NCBI RefSeq assembly: GCF_000517405.1
Contig: NZ_CP006568.1
Location: forward strand, 4,273,565-4,337,564
Reading direction: 5' to 3'
Length of the DNA stretch: 64,000 nucleotides
Source of the DNA: Candidatus Sodalis pierantonii str. SOPE
GTDB lineage: Bacteria > Pseudomonadota > Gammaproteobacteria > Enterobacterales > Enterobacteriaceae
Part shown: one piece after another, positions 20,857 through 34,867 of the stretch
Numbering within the stretch: the first letter of the stretch is position 1
Layout of the letters: each line of letters starts with the position of its first letter
The notes under the pieces: model-generated
Seen by the model: the letters and a program-made list of their open reading frames with translations, nothing else
Told to the model about the DNA's origin: nothing
The model's database searches: none
Position numbers and translations under genes: made by a program

Positions 20857-21279
20857 CTATAAGGTTGCCACCAGCATAAACTCTTCCACCACCAGCGCCA
20901 TCTCTTCCGACCAGTGGCCGGCACGTTCAAAAAACGCCCGGTGGGTTTCACGCCAGTAGGCCAGGCTAAGATCGCCCTCGCCTTCTTTGGCCGCCATTTC
21001 CGCCGTGACGTCGCAAAAACGCAGCAGACGCAAGGCGGTGGTACGGATAACCGCCAGCGGACGCTCCCGGCCATTGAGGATCACGCTGTAGTCGCCAATG
21101 CGCGGGGAGCTGGCATCCTGTTGGTAGGCCTGCAGCGAGCAGCAGGTGGCGGTTTTTATGCCCCCTACCACGAGTGCGCCCAACTCGTCGGCCATTTGCG
21201 GGCTATCGCCGAAGGCCCAATATGCCGCGCCCGGGTAGGTTACCGTAAGCGGCGCGCTTTCCTTTGGTGTGGTTTCCAT
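20857..21279 (-). CDS. ASCH-domain protein
   Basis: The ...YWAFGDSPQMADELGALVVGGIKTATCCSL... pattern is typical of ASCH/PUA-like small proteins. The start was chosen at METTPKES; the ORF-track start is 21321. Confidence 0.5.
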   Translation of the reverse strand: METTPKESAPLTVTYPGAAYWAFGDSPQMADELGALVVGGIKTATCCSLQAYQQDASSPRIGDYSVILNGRERPLAVIRTTALRLLRFCDVTAEMAAKEGEGDLSLAYWRETHRAFFERAGHWSEEMALVVEEFMLVATL

Positions 21280-21512
21280 CGCTGATATCCCGTTGAGCCC
21301 CGCCAGCGCCGGCCAGGGCAAGCTATTCAGTTAAAGCAACATTTCGGTGCAGTATAATCCGCACAGCGCATTTTTTCCTTCGCCGCGCACGCCGCCGGTG
21401 GCTACGCAACCGTTTTCCTCTACCGGGACCCATGATATGCTCTACGCCCGGTTAGCCAGGCCGCAGGGTCTGTTAAGAAAAACGACATTATGACCACAGG
21501 AGCACGACGCGT

Positions 21513-22022
21513 ATGCATTCCAACCACGCCACGGCAAAGATCGCGATTGTCATGGGTTCCCAAAGCGATTGGAGCACCCTGCAATTTGCCGCGGAAATTC
21601 TCACCGCGCTAAACGTTCCCTTTGAGGCGGAAATTGTTTCAGCCCACCGTACCCCTGATAAGTTATTCCGCTTCGCCGAGCAGGCGGCCGACAACGGTTA
21701 TGCGGTGATTATCGCCGGCGCGGGCGGCGCGGCGCATTTGCCGGGCATGCTGGCGGCCAAGACGCTGGTACCGGTACTCGGGGTGCCGGTTCAAAGCGCG
21801 GCGCTGAGCGGCGTGGACAGTCTCTATTCCATTGTACAAATGCCGCGCGGTATTCCGGTCGGCACCTTGGCCATCGGCAAAGCCGGCGCCGCCAACGCCG
21901 CCCTGCTGGCCGCCCAAATTTTAGCGCTGCATGACGCGGCGCTGGCCAATCGCCTGAGCCAGTGGCGCCAACGGCAAACCGATGAGGTCCTGAGCCATCC
22001 CGATCCAAGGGAACAGGCATGA
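21513..22022 (+). CDS. purE: N5-carboxyaminoimidazole ribonucleotide mutase PurE
   Basis: 169 aa, near-identical to E. coli PurE. Confidence 0.93.
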   Translation: MHSNHATAKIAIVMGSQSDWSTLQFAAEILTALNVPFEAEIVSAHRTPDKLFRFAEQAADNGYAVIIAGAGGAAHLPGMLAAKTLVPVLGVPVQSAALSGVDSLYSIVQMPRGIPVGTLAIGKAGAANAALLAAQILALHDAALANRLSQWRQRQTDEVLSHPDPREQA

Positions 22023-23089
22023 GGCCGGTCTGCGTACTGGGCAACGGCCAGTTGGGTCGTATGCTGCGGCAAGCCGGCGAGCCGCTGGGTATCGCGGTGT
22101 ACCCGGTCGAGCTGGACGCCGAGCCCAAATCGGTGCCTTTCGGCCAAAGCGTCATCACCGCCGAAATCGAGCGCTGGCCGGAAACCGCCCTCACCCGCGA
22201 ATTGGCGCGTCACCCCGGCTTCGTTAATCGCGATATTTTCCCCAGGCTGGCCGACCGGCTGACGCAAAAGCAGCTGCTGGACCAGTTGCGTCTGGCCACC
22301 GCCCCCTGGGCGCCGCTGGCGGGTGCCGCCCAATGGCCGGAGGTGTTTGTTTCCTTCGGCAATTTGGCCATTGTGAAACGCCGGGTGGGCGGCTATGACG
22401 GTCGCGGCCAATGGCGGCTCCATCCGGGCGAAGAGGCCACCCTACCGCAGGAGTGCTACGGCAGTTGCATCGTCGAGCAGGGCATCGCCTTCGATGGGGA
22501 AGTATCGCTGGTCGGCGCCCGATCCGCCGATGGTGCCCAGGTCTTTTATCCGCTGACCCATAATTTCCATCAGGAAGGTATTCTGCGCGCCAGCGTCATC
22601 TTTCCCTCTCCGGATAGCGGCCTGCAACAGCAGGCGGAAAATATGCTCGGCGCTATCCTGCATGAGCTGGACTATGTCGGCGTGATGGCGATGGAGTGCT
22701 TTATTGGCGGCGATCGGCTGCTTATCAATGAACTGGCGCCGCGGGTGCATAACAGCGGCCACTGGACGCAAAATGGCGCTTCCATTAGTCAATTTGAACT
22801 GCATTTACGCGCTATTCTGGCGCTGCCGCTACCGGTACCGGTCGTCAGCGCGCCCGCGGCCATGGTGAATATTATAGGCAGCGACGTTAATATCGATTGG
22901 CTGGCGGACTCGCTAGTGCATTTGCACTGGTACGAAAAAGAGGTGCGCGCGGGGCGCAAGGTCGGACATCTGAATCTTACCCATCCTGATAGCGTGACAC
23001 TCAGCCGCAGCCTGCAGTGGTTAGCAACGCTACTGCCGGCGGAATACCAACACGGGATCGACTGGGCAAGGCAGAAACTGGCCGGTTGA
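22019..23089 (+). CDS. purK: N5-carboxyaminoimidazole ribonucleotide synthase PurK
   Basis: 356 aa, ATP-grasp. It overlaps the purE stop by 4 bp. Confidence 0.92.
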   Translation: MRPVCVLGNGQLGRMLRQAGEPLGIAVYPVELDAEPKSVPFGQSVITAEIERWPETALTRELARHPGFVNRDIFPRLADRLTQKQLLDQLRLATAPWAPLAGAAQWPEVFVSFGNLAIVKRRVGGYDGRGQWRLHPGEEATLPQECYGSCIVEQGIAFDGEVSLVGARSADGAQVFYPLTHNFHQEGILRASVIFPSPDSGLQQQAENMLGAILHELDYVGVMAMECFIGGDRLLINELAPRVHNSGHWTQNGASISQFELHLRAILALPLPVPVVSAPAAMVNIIGSDVNIDWLADSLVHLHWYEKEVRAGRKVGHLNLTHPDSVTLSRSLQWLATLLPAEYQHGIDWARQKLAG

Positions 23090-23200
23090 GATTGAGCAGG
23101 CGCGGCTCGCACTGTCCACAACATTGCCAACGAATTGCCCCCCTGCGCTGACACCGGGCTGACCGGCGCAGGAGCCGGTGCGTGCCGGACAGGGGCTGCC

Positions 23201-25435
<2,235 letters not shown>

Positions 25436-25735
25436 TTATTACGTTAACTCCTCTCTCTCTCATAGCGATTGCAACTATCGTGAAGAGTGCCGAACCGTTG
25501 CGTTCACCGTTGACACCCGTTGGGAGCATAAGCGGAAACGCGGGTTTTCCGGATAACACTGCCTGGTGCTAAGTGGGCAGAGTGGATCTGCGAAGTGGCT
25601 GAGATATCTGGCTGATAACCTCTGCGTTGTTGGCGGACCTATTTACATTGTAGTGTGACGCCAGGCCGTTACTGTGCAGCAGGAGTCCGGGCCCTGTCAA
25701 CCCGGTTGTCACTATGCTGATTATCTTTTGTTGCA

Positions 25736-28187
25736 TTAATGTTCCCATTTTGTAAACAATTGCATCCAATCCTGTCCCAGCCGTCCCTTTCTTTGCACCA
25801 GACGGGCGCCAAGCACGGTCCCCAGCAGTGATAACAGCAGCATACCCCCGAGGGGCAGCTCCCACCACAAATAAGGATCCGGTCGGACGGGGAAATCGAA
25901 TACCCGCCGCTGCAACAGCATCAGCGCCGCCTCGGCGCCGATCGCGGCCACCGCGCCCGCAACTAGCCCGAGTAAGGCAAATTCATTCCACAACGTCCAG
26001 CGCAGCAGTTTGCGGCTAGCGCCTAATGTCCGGTAGACCACCAATTCCTGCTGGCGCTGACGCATGCCGACCTGCACTTGCGCCATCAGCAACAGCCCGC
26101 CGCACATCAGCACCAGAATGACCATGATTTCCAGCGCCCGGCTTACCTGTTGCAGTACCTGCCCTACCTGCCGCAGCATGGCGCCGATATTCAACAGGCT
26201 CAGCGTGGGGAACTGACGTGTAAGCGCCGTCACCAGCTGCTCGTTTCCATCATAACGAAAGCTGGTCAGCCAGGTTTGCGGCTGTCCTTCCATCCCTCCG
26301 GGCGGAAAGATGAAGAAAAAATTCGGCCGCAGACTCTCCCAATCCACCTGGCGCAGGCTGGATACCGTGGCGCTAAACGACAGGGTATCGCCGGTGAATG
26401 TCAACCGATCGCCGATACCGACCCCCAGATCTTTCGCCACACCTTGCTCCATTGATACTTCGCCCGCGCGCGGCGGCCAATGGCCTGCCAACAGCGGATT
26501 ATGATCGAGCAAGTCGCGCAGCCAGGTCAGGTTGAGTTCCCGGTTAACCGTGGGGCCGCCCGGATCGTCGGGCTTGATGATGTCGGTCGCGCTTCGATCG
26601 TTGATGGCGGTCAGCCGGGCGCGCACCATCGGATAGAATACGCCGGGCGTCACACCGCACTGCCGCAGGAAGCGATTGACGGTGTCCACCTGCTCATCGG
26701 TCATATTCAACAGGAAATAGTTAGGGCTTTCCGGCGGTAGTTGCTGCTGCCATCGTTGCAACAGGTCGCCGCGCATCACCAACAGCAGGCCCAGCAGCAT
26801 AAACGACAAAGAAAACGCCGCCAGCTGACTCTGCGTCACCCAGGGCTGGCGCAGCAGGCGATTGACCGCCAGCCGCAGGGTCAGCCGGCGCAGCGTCAAC
26901 CGCCGCAATAGCAGCAGCGCCCCCCACCCCACGACGGCCAACAGCAGCGCCCGCACCGCCATACCGGCTACCACCGACCAGAGCAGCGGGCTTGGCCCCA
27001 CCAACCACAGCAGGAGCCCCAGCAGCAGCGCCAGCACCGCCGGCAGATAATAGCGCAGTGGCCAAACGGTCGATAACACATCGCGGCGCAGGACGCGCAG
27101 CGGGCGGGTGGCCAGCAGTTGGCGATAGGGGCGCACCCCAACCAGCAGGGAAATGACCACCAGCGATCCCATCGACCAGAGCCAGGGCCACACGCCGGCG
27201 GGGGGTAGCGTAGCCGGCAACACCGGCGCTAACAGTTTTATCAGCACCGCCTCGAACGCCAGCCCCGCCAGCGCGCCACAGACGACCGAGAAGGCCAGCA
27301 GCGCCAACCACTGGCCGATTATGAGCTTTATCAGCGACAGCCGGCCGGCGCCCAGGGTTTTTAGCACCGCCACCAGCTCAGCGCGGCTGCGGCAGTAGTG
27401 TCCCACCGCCACCGCAGCCACCGACAAGAGCAGCGTCAACAGCTCCGAAAGCAGCAGAAAATATTGTGAACGCTCCATGGAGCGATTCAGGGCACCGCTC
27501 GACTCCTCTGGACCGTTCCAGCGTTGATCGGCTTTTAACTGCTGCGTCAGCCAGTTCTCGAAACGTTGGAGCTCTTCAGGCTCGCCGGCGAACACGGTAA
27601 CGCCAAGTGACCCGGCCGCCGGGCTGCACGGCGCCGGTTTTCTCCACGTCGGCGGTGTTGATGATAATGCCGGAAGCGGTTTGAAACGGATTGAAACCGC
27701 TGTCCGGTTCGCGCAGCACTTCCCCCGCCACCCGCAACGTCGCGTCGCCCACCTCCAGCGAATCGCCCGTCTTCAGTCCCAGCAGCGCCAGCAACCGCGG
27801 CGCGACCAGAGCCTCTCCCGCCCCCGGGCGCAGATTGGCCGGCCAGGTGATCAACTCGCCATACAGCGGGTAGTTGCCGTCGGCGGCTTTGACCCTGGCC
27901 AGTTGCGCCGCGTCGCCGGCGAACGTCATGTTCATAAACGTCAGTTGGCGGCTGAGCGTCAGTCCGTCAGCCTTGGCCTGCGAGAGCCAGCGTTCATCCA
28001 CCGACCGCGCCGCGCGCAGCACCCGATCGGCCGCCAGGAATTCGCGGCTTTGCTGGTTAAGCCCTTTTTCCATCCGATCGCTCAGGTTACCCAGCGCCAG
28101 CACGCAGGCCACCGACAGGGTAAGCGCCAGCCAGACGATCAGCATGGAGGGGGTTCGCCATTCGCGCCAGAACCAGCTTGCTATCAT
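25736..28187 (-). pseudogene. ybbP: ABC-transporter permease YbbP (FtsX-like), frameshifted
   Basis: The N-terminal 203 aa (ORF 27576..28187) and C-terminal 619 aa (ORF 25736..27595) overlap by 20 bp in different frames. Together they match the 804-aa E. coli YbbP. Confidence 0.7.
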
Positions 28188-28785
28188 GCCACTTCCTCCA
28201 GCCGGCCGTCCTGCAAACGCAGACGGCGTTCACAGCGCGCGGCCAGTTGCCTGTCGTGCGTCACCAGAATCAGGGTAGTGGCGAAATCCCGGTTCAGGCT
28301 GAACAGCTGATCGGCAATGCGATCGCCGGTGGCGCGGTCCAGATTGCCGGTCGGCTCGTCGGCGAATAAAATCTGCGGCCGGCCGCTGAACGCGCGCGCG
28401 CCAGCGCGACCCGCTGCTGCTCGCCGCCGGAGAGCTAGGCGGGCAAATGGGACAAACGTTGCCCCAGCCCCAACTGCGTCAACAGGGTCACCGCCTGTTC
28501 GCGGCTTTGGCGCTCGCCCTCCCCTCTCAGCAGCGCCGGCAATTGCACATTTTCCAACGCCGTCAGGTCGTGCCCCAGCAGATGTACGGCGCCGTCGCTA
28601 CCGTCGTCGAGCCCGGCCAAGATCCCCAGCAGGGTGGATTTCCCCGATCCGGACTCGCCGATAAGCGCAATCGTCTGCGCGGGTTTGACAACCAGCTCAA
28701 CTCCGGTAAGGATGGAGATATGGTGTTCACCTTGACCGACGTGCTTACTAAAATGATGAACTTCAAAAACGTTTTCCGCTGGCAT
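28184..28785 (-). pseudogene. ybbA: ABC-transporter ATP-binding protein YbbA with internal deletion and in-frame amber codon
   Basis: Walker A (GESGSGKST) is present, followed by a deletion of about 35 aa relative to E. coli YbbA. There is then a TAG in place of the Q of the LSGGEQQR signature (..SHLPA*LSGGEQQRVALARAF..), with the reading frame continuing to the stop at 28184. Confidence 0.7.
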
Positions 28786-29289
28786 TTTCTTTTCCTTATT
28801 CTGTTAAGTCTGGTAAGCGTTCGGGCGCTGGCCGCCGATACGCTCTTGGTTCTAGGCGACAGTCTAAACGCCGGTTACCGCATGCCCGCCGCACGGGCCT
28901 GGCCTGCGCTGCTGCGCCAGCATAAGCCACGCTGGGTGGTCATCGAGCTGGGCGGGAATGATGGTCTGCGCGGTTTTCCGCCGTCGCAGATTGAACAAGA
29001 TTTGGTCAAAGCCATTACCTTAAGCCAACAGGCGGGCGCGCAGCCCCTGCTCATGCAGATCCGCCTACCGCCGAATTACGGCAAGCGCTATACGGAAACC
29101 ATCAGCGCCATTTATCCGGCGCTGGCGAGCCGGTACGCCGTTCCCTTACTGCCGTTTTTTATGGAGCAAGTTTATCTGCGGCCGGAGTGGATGCAAGATA
29201 ACGGGATACATCCCAATCCGGACGCCCAGCCTTTCATCGCGCAATGGATGGCGGACCGCCTGCTGCCTTTACTTAAACATGAATCATAG
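28753..29289 (+). CDS. tesA: acyl-CoA thioesterase I / lysophospholipase L1 (TesA), with an in-frame internal deletion of about 30 aa
   Basis: MMNFKNVFRW...ADTLLVLGDSLNAGY (SGNH block I), then ...GGNDGLRG...DGIHP. It lacks the segment NDKWQSKTSVVNASISGDTSQQGLARLPALL seen in E. coli TesA. Confidence 0.75.
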   Translation: MMNFKNVFRWHFLFLILLSLVSVRALAADTLLVLGDSLNAGYRMPAARAWPALLRQHKPRWVVIELGGNDGLRGFPPSQIEQDLVKAITLSQQAGAQPLLMQIRLPPNYGKRYTETISAIYPALASRYAVPLLPFFMEQVYLRPEWMQDNGIHPNPDAQPFIAQWMADRLLPLLKHES

Positions 29290-29317
29290 GCAAGGAGAGC
29301 GCAATTTGGGTAAAGTT

Positions 29318-30094
29318 ATGCAAAAAGCCGTGCTGATTACCGGTTGCTCCAGCGGTATCGGCCTGGTGGCGGCCCGCTATCTGCGCGCGCGCGGCTACCG
29401 GGTGTTGGCCGCCTGCCGCCAAACCCGTGATGTAGCGCGGCTGGCGACGGAGGGCTTTGAGGCCGTGGCGCTGGATTTGGACGACCCGCAAAGCGTTGAC
29501 GCCGCCGCCGATGAGGTGTTGCGGCTGACCGGCAACCGGTTGTACGGACTCTTCAATAATGCGGGCTACGGTATGTATGGCCGACTTGACACGTTAAGCC
29601 GGAGTCAGCTGGAACAGCAATTTTCCGCTAATCTGTTCGGTATTCATCAATTGACCCGGCGACTGCTGCCTGCCATGGTACCTCATGTCGAGGGGCGGAT
29701 TATCCAGACCAGTTCGGTCATGGGGCTGGTGTGCACGCCGGGCCGGGGCGCCTATGCTGCGTCCAAGTTTGCCCTGGAGGCATGGTCGGACACGCTGCGC
29801 ATGGAGCTGCACGGCAGCGGCGTGCAGGTCAGCCTGATTGAACCGGGTCCCATCGCCACGTCATTTAGCACTAACCTGACCCACACCCGGACCGATCAGC
29901 CGGTGACCAATCCGGCTATCGCCCGACGTTTTACGCTGCCGCCGGAGGCCGTGTTGCCGAAACTGCGCCATGCGCTGGAAAGTCCTCGGGCCAGATTACG
30001 TTATCCGGTTACCCTGGTGGCGCACGCGCTAACGGGGTTGCGTCGCCTCCTGCCAGGGCGCTGTCTGGATTGGCTTTTACGCGGCAAGCATTGA
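29318..30094 (+). CDS. ybbO: SDR-family oxidoreductase YbbO
   Basis: MQKAVLITGCSSGIGL... is a Rossmann TGxxxGxG motif, and there is a YxxxK catalytic motif (YAASK). Confidence 0.85.
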   Translation: MQKAVLITGCSSGIGLVAARYLRARGYRVLAACRQTRDVARLATEGFEAVALDLDDPQSVDAAADEVLRLTGNRLYGLFNNAGYGMYGRLDTLSRSQLEQQFSANLFGIHQLTRRLLPAMVPHVEGRIIQTSSVMGLVCTPGRGAYAASKFALEAWSDTLRMELHGSGVQVSLIEPGPIATSFSTNLTHTRTDQPVTNPAIARRFTLPPEAVLPKLRHALESPRARLRYPVTLVAHALTGLRRLLPGRCLDWLLRGKH

Positions 30095-30145
30095 AGTGCG
30101 GCACGCCCGCCCCCATGTATTGCCAAAACCATTGAGAGAAATTGC

Positions 30146-31000
30146 ATGTTAAACGCCACGGTAGTTGAAATTAACGAAATCAACCTGCAGCAAACGCTGG
30201 AACAATCCATGCAGGTGCCGGTGCTGTTCTATTTCTGGTCCCAGCGCAGCCCGCATTGCGAGCAGCTAACGCCGGTGCTGGACAAGCTGGCGCAGGAATA
30301 CGCCGGGCAATTTGTGCTGGCGAAGGTAGACTGCGACGAACAGCAGCATGTCGCCGCCCAATTCGGCCTGCGCGCCATCCCCACCGTGTATCTGTTCAAG
30401 GAGGGTCAGCCGCTTGACGGTTTTCAGGGGCCCCAGCCGGAAGAGGCGGTACGCGAGTTGCTGACCCGCGCCTTGCCGGATCCCGCCGAGCTGCAATTGC
30501 AGGAAGCCACGGCGCTGGTGCAGGCGGGGGATTTCGCCGGGGCGCTGCCGCTTTTGAAAGCGCTGTGGCAGGAACCCAAGCCCGCCAGCGAAGCCGGCCT
30601 GTTATTGGCGGAAACCTATCTGCAACTCAATCGTGCCGATGATGCGCAGGCGGTGCTGGACCAGTTCCCGCTACAGGATAAAGATACGCGCTACCAGGGT
30701 TTACTGGCGCAGATCGAGCTGCTGCACCAGGCGGCGGATACGCCGGAAATTCAACAGTTGCAACAACAGGTGCAACTTGCGCCGCACGATACCGCGCTGG
30801 CGGTACAGCTAGCCCTTCAGCTCCATCAGGTGGGCCGTAATGAGGAAGCGCTGGAGCTGTTGATGGGCCATTTGAAAAACGATCTTGGCGCCGCCGACGG
30901 CGAAGCGCGTAAAATCTTAATGGATATTCTGGCGGCACTGGGCACCGGCGATGCGCTGGCGGGTAAATACCGTCGCCAGCTATACTCCCTGCTGTATTAA
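30146..31000 (+). CDS. ybbN: thioredoxin-domain chaperone YbbN (CnoX)
   Basis: 284 aa: an N-terminal thioredoxin fold followed by TPR-like helices, collinear with E. coli YbbN. Confidence 0.85.
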   Translation: MLNATVVEINEINLQQTLEQSMQVPVLFYFWSQRSPHCEQLTPVLDKLAQEYAGQFVLAKVDCDEQQHVAAQFGLRAIPTVYLFKEGQPLDGFQGPQPEEAVRELLTRALPDPAELQLQEATALVQAGDFAGALPLLKALWQEPKPASEAGLLLAETYLQLNRADDAQAVLDQFPLQDKDTRYQGLLAQIELLHQAADTPEIQQLQQQVQLAPHDTALAVQLALQLHQVGRNEEALELLMGHLKNDLGAADGEARKILMDILAALGTGDALAGKYRRQLYSLLY

Positions 31001-31256
31001 ACCTTTCTGCACGCCAGGCGCGCCATGGCGAACGCTTGTCCTCTTTTGCCGTCCGGCCTCATGCGCCGGTGGCGAAGATCGCAAAAAACGCGCCTGGCGT
31101 CGCTTAACGGTAACGATCCGGTCCCTTTTATTGCGTGAATCACTGTAACCTTGCGCGCTTTGTTGTATCTTCTCTTCTATAACACCAGTCCCGCCGCAGA
31201 GCGCAGACGGGTTGCCCGGCGCGTTATTCTCTGGCACTGAAAAGGAGTCTTCACTT

Positions 31257-32176
31257 ATGTTAATGGTCATTCCCGTTCTGGTCGTGCTCGCCTTGATCGT
31301 GGTCGCGGCGGGTATCAAGATTGTACCGCAGGGCTATCAATGGACGGTTGAGCGATTCGGCCGCTTTACGCAGGCGCTGAAACCCGGCCTGAATCTGGTC
31401 GTGCCGTTTATGGACCGCATCGGACGTAAAATCAATATGATGGAACAGGTATTGGATATTCCTTCCCAAGAGATCATCTCCAAGGATAACGCCAACGTCA
31501 CCATTGACGCCGTCTGTTTTATCCAGGTGGTGGACGTCGCACGCGCCGCGTATGAAGTCAGTAATCTCGAGCAGGCGATCCTCAATCTGACCATGACCAA
31601 TATCCGCACCGTTCTGGGCGCCATGGAGCTGGATGAAATGCTGTCGCAGCGCGATAGCATCAACATCCGGCTGCTACAAATCGTGGATGAAGCGACCAAT
31701 CCCTGGGGCATCAAGGTCACCCGCGTCGAGATCCGCGATGTGCGCCCACCGGCGGAAATGATTGCCGCGATGAACGCCCAGATGAAAGCGGAGCGAACCA
31801 AGCGCTCCGATATTCTGGAGGCGGAAGGGGTACGCCAGTCGGCCATCCTGCGCGCCGAAGGGGAGAAACAGTCGCAGATCCTGAAAGCCGAGGGCGAGCG
31901 GCAGTCGGCGTTTTTGCAGGCCGAGGCCCGTGAACGCGCCGCCGAAGCGGAAACGCGGGCCACGCAGATGGTTTCTGACTCCATCGCCGCCGGCAATATC
32001 CAGGCCGTCAACTACTTCGTGGCGCAAAAATATACCGACGCGCTGCAAAAAATCGGCTCCGCCGGCAACAGTAAAGTCATCATGATGCCGCTGGACGCCA
32101 GTAATCTGTGCTTGGCGCCATTGGCGGCATCGCTGAACTCGTCAAAGAAAGTCAGTCCGGCCGGAGCAAAGGATGA
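31257..32176 (+). pseudogene. qmcA: SPFH/band-7 protein QmcA (YbbK) with 1-bp deletion near the 3' end
   Basis: It matches E. coli QmcA through ...[12 protein letters not shown] frameshift near 32108 follows. The correct frame ([23 protein letters not shown]) ends at TGA 32174-32176, overlapping the ybbJ ATG. The annotated long ORF 31212..32744 is a read-through artefact. Confidence 0.65.
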
Positions 32177-32636
32177 TAGTAGAGGCGATACGTGCACACC
32201 CGCACAATTTTTGGCTGATCCTGGGCGGCCTGCTGCTGGCGCTGGAAATGCTGGGGGCGAGCGGCTATTTGCTATGGAGCGGGATCGCCGCGCTGCTGGT
32301 GGGGCTACTGACGTGGCTGGTACCGCTTGGCTGGGAGTGGCAGGGCGCGATTTTTGCCGTGCTCACCGTGGGCTAGGCCTGGCTGTGGTGGTATCGCCTG
32401 CGCGCTGGGGATCGCACGCGTCCGGCATCGGCGTTGAATCAGCGCGGCCAGCAGCTCATCGGGCTACGCACCCGGCTGTCCGAGCCTCTCATCAACGGGT
32501 TCGGCCGATTACGCGTGGGCGACAGCACCTGGCGCGTCCAGGCCAGCGAGGATTTACCGGCGGGTACCTGGGTGGAAGTGTACGCGACGACGGGAGGGGA
32601 TTACGCTGCGCGTGCGCCGCGCCGTTTCACAATAAC
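32173..32636 (+). pseudogene. ybbJ: NfeD-like membrane protein YbbJ with in-frame amber codon and a frameshift
   Basis: [28 protein letters not shown]...AVLTVG, then TAG, then the in-frame continuation [11 protein letters not shown]...NQRGQQLIG. The C-terminus [13 protein letters not shown] is found in the +1 frame. Confidence 0.65.
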
Positions 32637-32639
32637 TTC

Positions 32640-34808
32640 GTTCTGGCTGTCGAGGTCGCATCGCGGCGGCACGGCGAAAACGGTTTTGGCGCACTCCAGC
32701 TCGCCACCGGCAGACTCCCGCGAGCGGTCGCCGGCGGACGATAGCCTGCAATTACTTATCGACGGCATGAGCTGCGCCAGCTGCGTGACGCGGGTCGAGC
32801 GCGCGTTGGCGTTGGTGCCCGGCGTGACGCGGGCGCGGGTCAATCTGGCCGAGCGCAGCGCGCTGGTCATGGGATCGCCGGCCCCTCACGCCTTGCTCGC
32901 GGCGGTGCAACAGGCCGGCTACGGCGCCGAAGTGGTCCAGGATGAGGACGAACGCCGCCGCCGGCAACAGCAAACCGCTGAGCGGGCGACGCGGCGCTAC
33001 AGCCGACAGTCGGCGCTGGCGCTCGGTGTACCGCTGATGGCCTGGGGGTTATTGGGCGGCAGCATGGCGCTGACGCCCACCACCCGCCTACCCTGGTTGG
33101 CGGTGGGCCTGCTAACGCTGGTGGTCATGGTCGTCGCCGGCGGCCACTTTTACCGCAGCGCCACCAACAGTTTGCGCAACGGCAGCGCGACGATGGATAC
33201 GCTGGTCGCGCTCGGGACCGGCGCCGCTTGGCTTTATTCTATCAGCGTGGTGATCTGGCCGCTGGCGTTTCCCACCATGGCCCGGCACCTCTATTTTGAA
33301 GCTGGCGCCATGATTATCGGTTTGATTAATCTAGGCCACGCCCTGGAGAGCCGCGCGCGCCAGCATGCGTCCGGCGCGCTGGCGCGGCTGTTGGATCTGA
33401 CGCCGCCCAGCGCACGGGTCGTGGTGGACGATCGGGAGCATTTGACGCCGCTGGCGCAGGTAGCGCCGGGTATGACGCTGCGTCTGACCAGCGGCGACCG
33501 GGTGCCGGTGGATGGCGATATTTTCCAGGGAGAAGTCTGGCTGGATGAGTCCATGCTGACCGGCGAGCCGGCGGCGCGGCATAAACAGGCCGGCGATCGG
33601 GTGCATGCCGGCACCGTCGTGGCGGACGGCAGCGTGTTATTCACCGCCCAAGCTACCGGGAATCAGACCACGCTCGCCAGAATCATCCGGCTGGTGCGGC
33701 AGGCGCAGAGCAGCAAACCCGCCATAGGACAACTGGTCGACCGGATTTCAGCGGTGTTTGTACCCGTCGTGGTAGCTATCGCGCTGGCGAACTCCGCCCT
33801 CTGGTGGGTGGCCGGATCGGAATCGCGCATTGCCTATTCGCTGGTGGTCGCCACGACGGTGCTCATCATTGCCTGCCCCTGCCCCTGCGCGCTGGGCCTG
33901 GCAACGCCAATGTCCATTATTGCCGGCGTCGGCCGCGCCGCGGAATTCGGCGTGCTGGTGCGCGATGCCGATGCGCTGCAACAAGCCAGCCAAATCGATA
34001 CGCTGGTATTCGATAAAATCGGTACCCTCACCGAGGGTCGGCCCCAAGTGGTGGCTATCGAGCCCTTTAGCGGCTGGGAGAGCCAGCGCGCCCTGATGCT
34101 GGCCGCGGCGGGCAAAGCGCGGCGGCGTTACTGGGCGCAACAGAGCGCCACGCCGGTCCTGTTGGCGGTGGACGGCAAATTGGCGCGCTGTTGGCGGTGC
34201 ATGACCCTCTGCGCCACGATAGCGCTGAGGCCCTACAGCGGCGGCGGGCGACGGGATATCGGCTTGTCATGTTAACGGGCGATAACGCCGACACCGCCCG
34301 GACGGTCGCCGATAAGGTCGGCATCGACGAAGTGATTGCCAGCGTTCTGCCCGACGGGAAAGCGACGGCGATCGTCTCGTTGCAGCGCCAGGGGCACCGG
34401 GTGGCGATGATTGGCGACGGTATCAACGATGCGCCCGCTTTGGCGCAGGCGGAAGTCGGCATCGCCATGGGGAGCGGAAGCGATGTGGCGATCGAAACCG
34501 CCGCCATCACCTTAATGCGCGCCAGCCTGCACGGGGTGGCCGATGCGCTGGCGCTGGCCAACGCCACCTTGCGCAACATGAAACAGAACTTGCTTGGCGC
34601 GTTCTCTTACAACGCGCTGGGTATTCCCATTGCCGCCGGGATTTTGTTTCCTTTTACCGGCACGCTGCTCAGCCCGGTGGTAGCCGGCGCGGCCATGGCG
34701 CTCTCTTCCATTACCGTGGTGAGCAACGCCAACCGACTCATCCGCTTCAAACCCACCACCGCCGTCGACGCCGGCGCGCGGGTGAAACCGGCGGCGGCAG
34801 ATTCCTGA
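32640..34808 (+). pseudogene. copA: Cu(I)-translocating P-type ATPase CopA remnant: lacks promoter and first HMA domain, internal deletion, frameshift
   Basis: Begins in the inter-HMA linker and carries the second HMA motif (GMSCASCV). The TGES and DKTGT-equivalent (DKIGTLTEG) motifs are present. About 65 aa are missing after LMLAAAGKA relative to E. coli CopA. There is a frame change between ORFs 32434..34275 and 34191..34808. The divergent regulator cueR is absent. Confidence 0.75.
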
Positions 34809-34867
34809 CCGTCCCCCCGGTGCTTCATGCTACCCTTAGCAAACAAATGAGCACCGGAGCGATAGGC

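Noticed and set aside
31212-32744. 510-aa ORF 31212..32744 as a single large protein.
   Set aside because: Its first 15 residues precede the QmcA start. Its last about 200 residues are out-of-frame read-through across ybbJ created by a 1-bp deletion in qmcA. It is not a real fusion protein.
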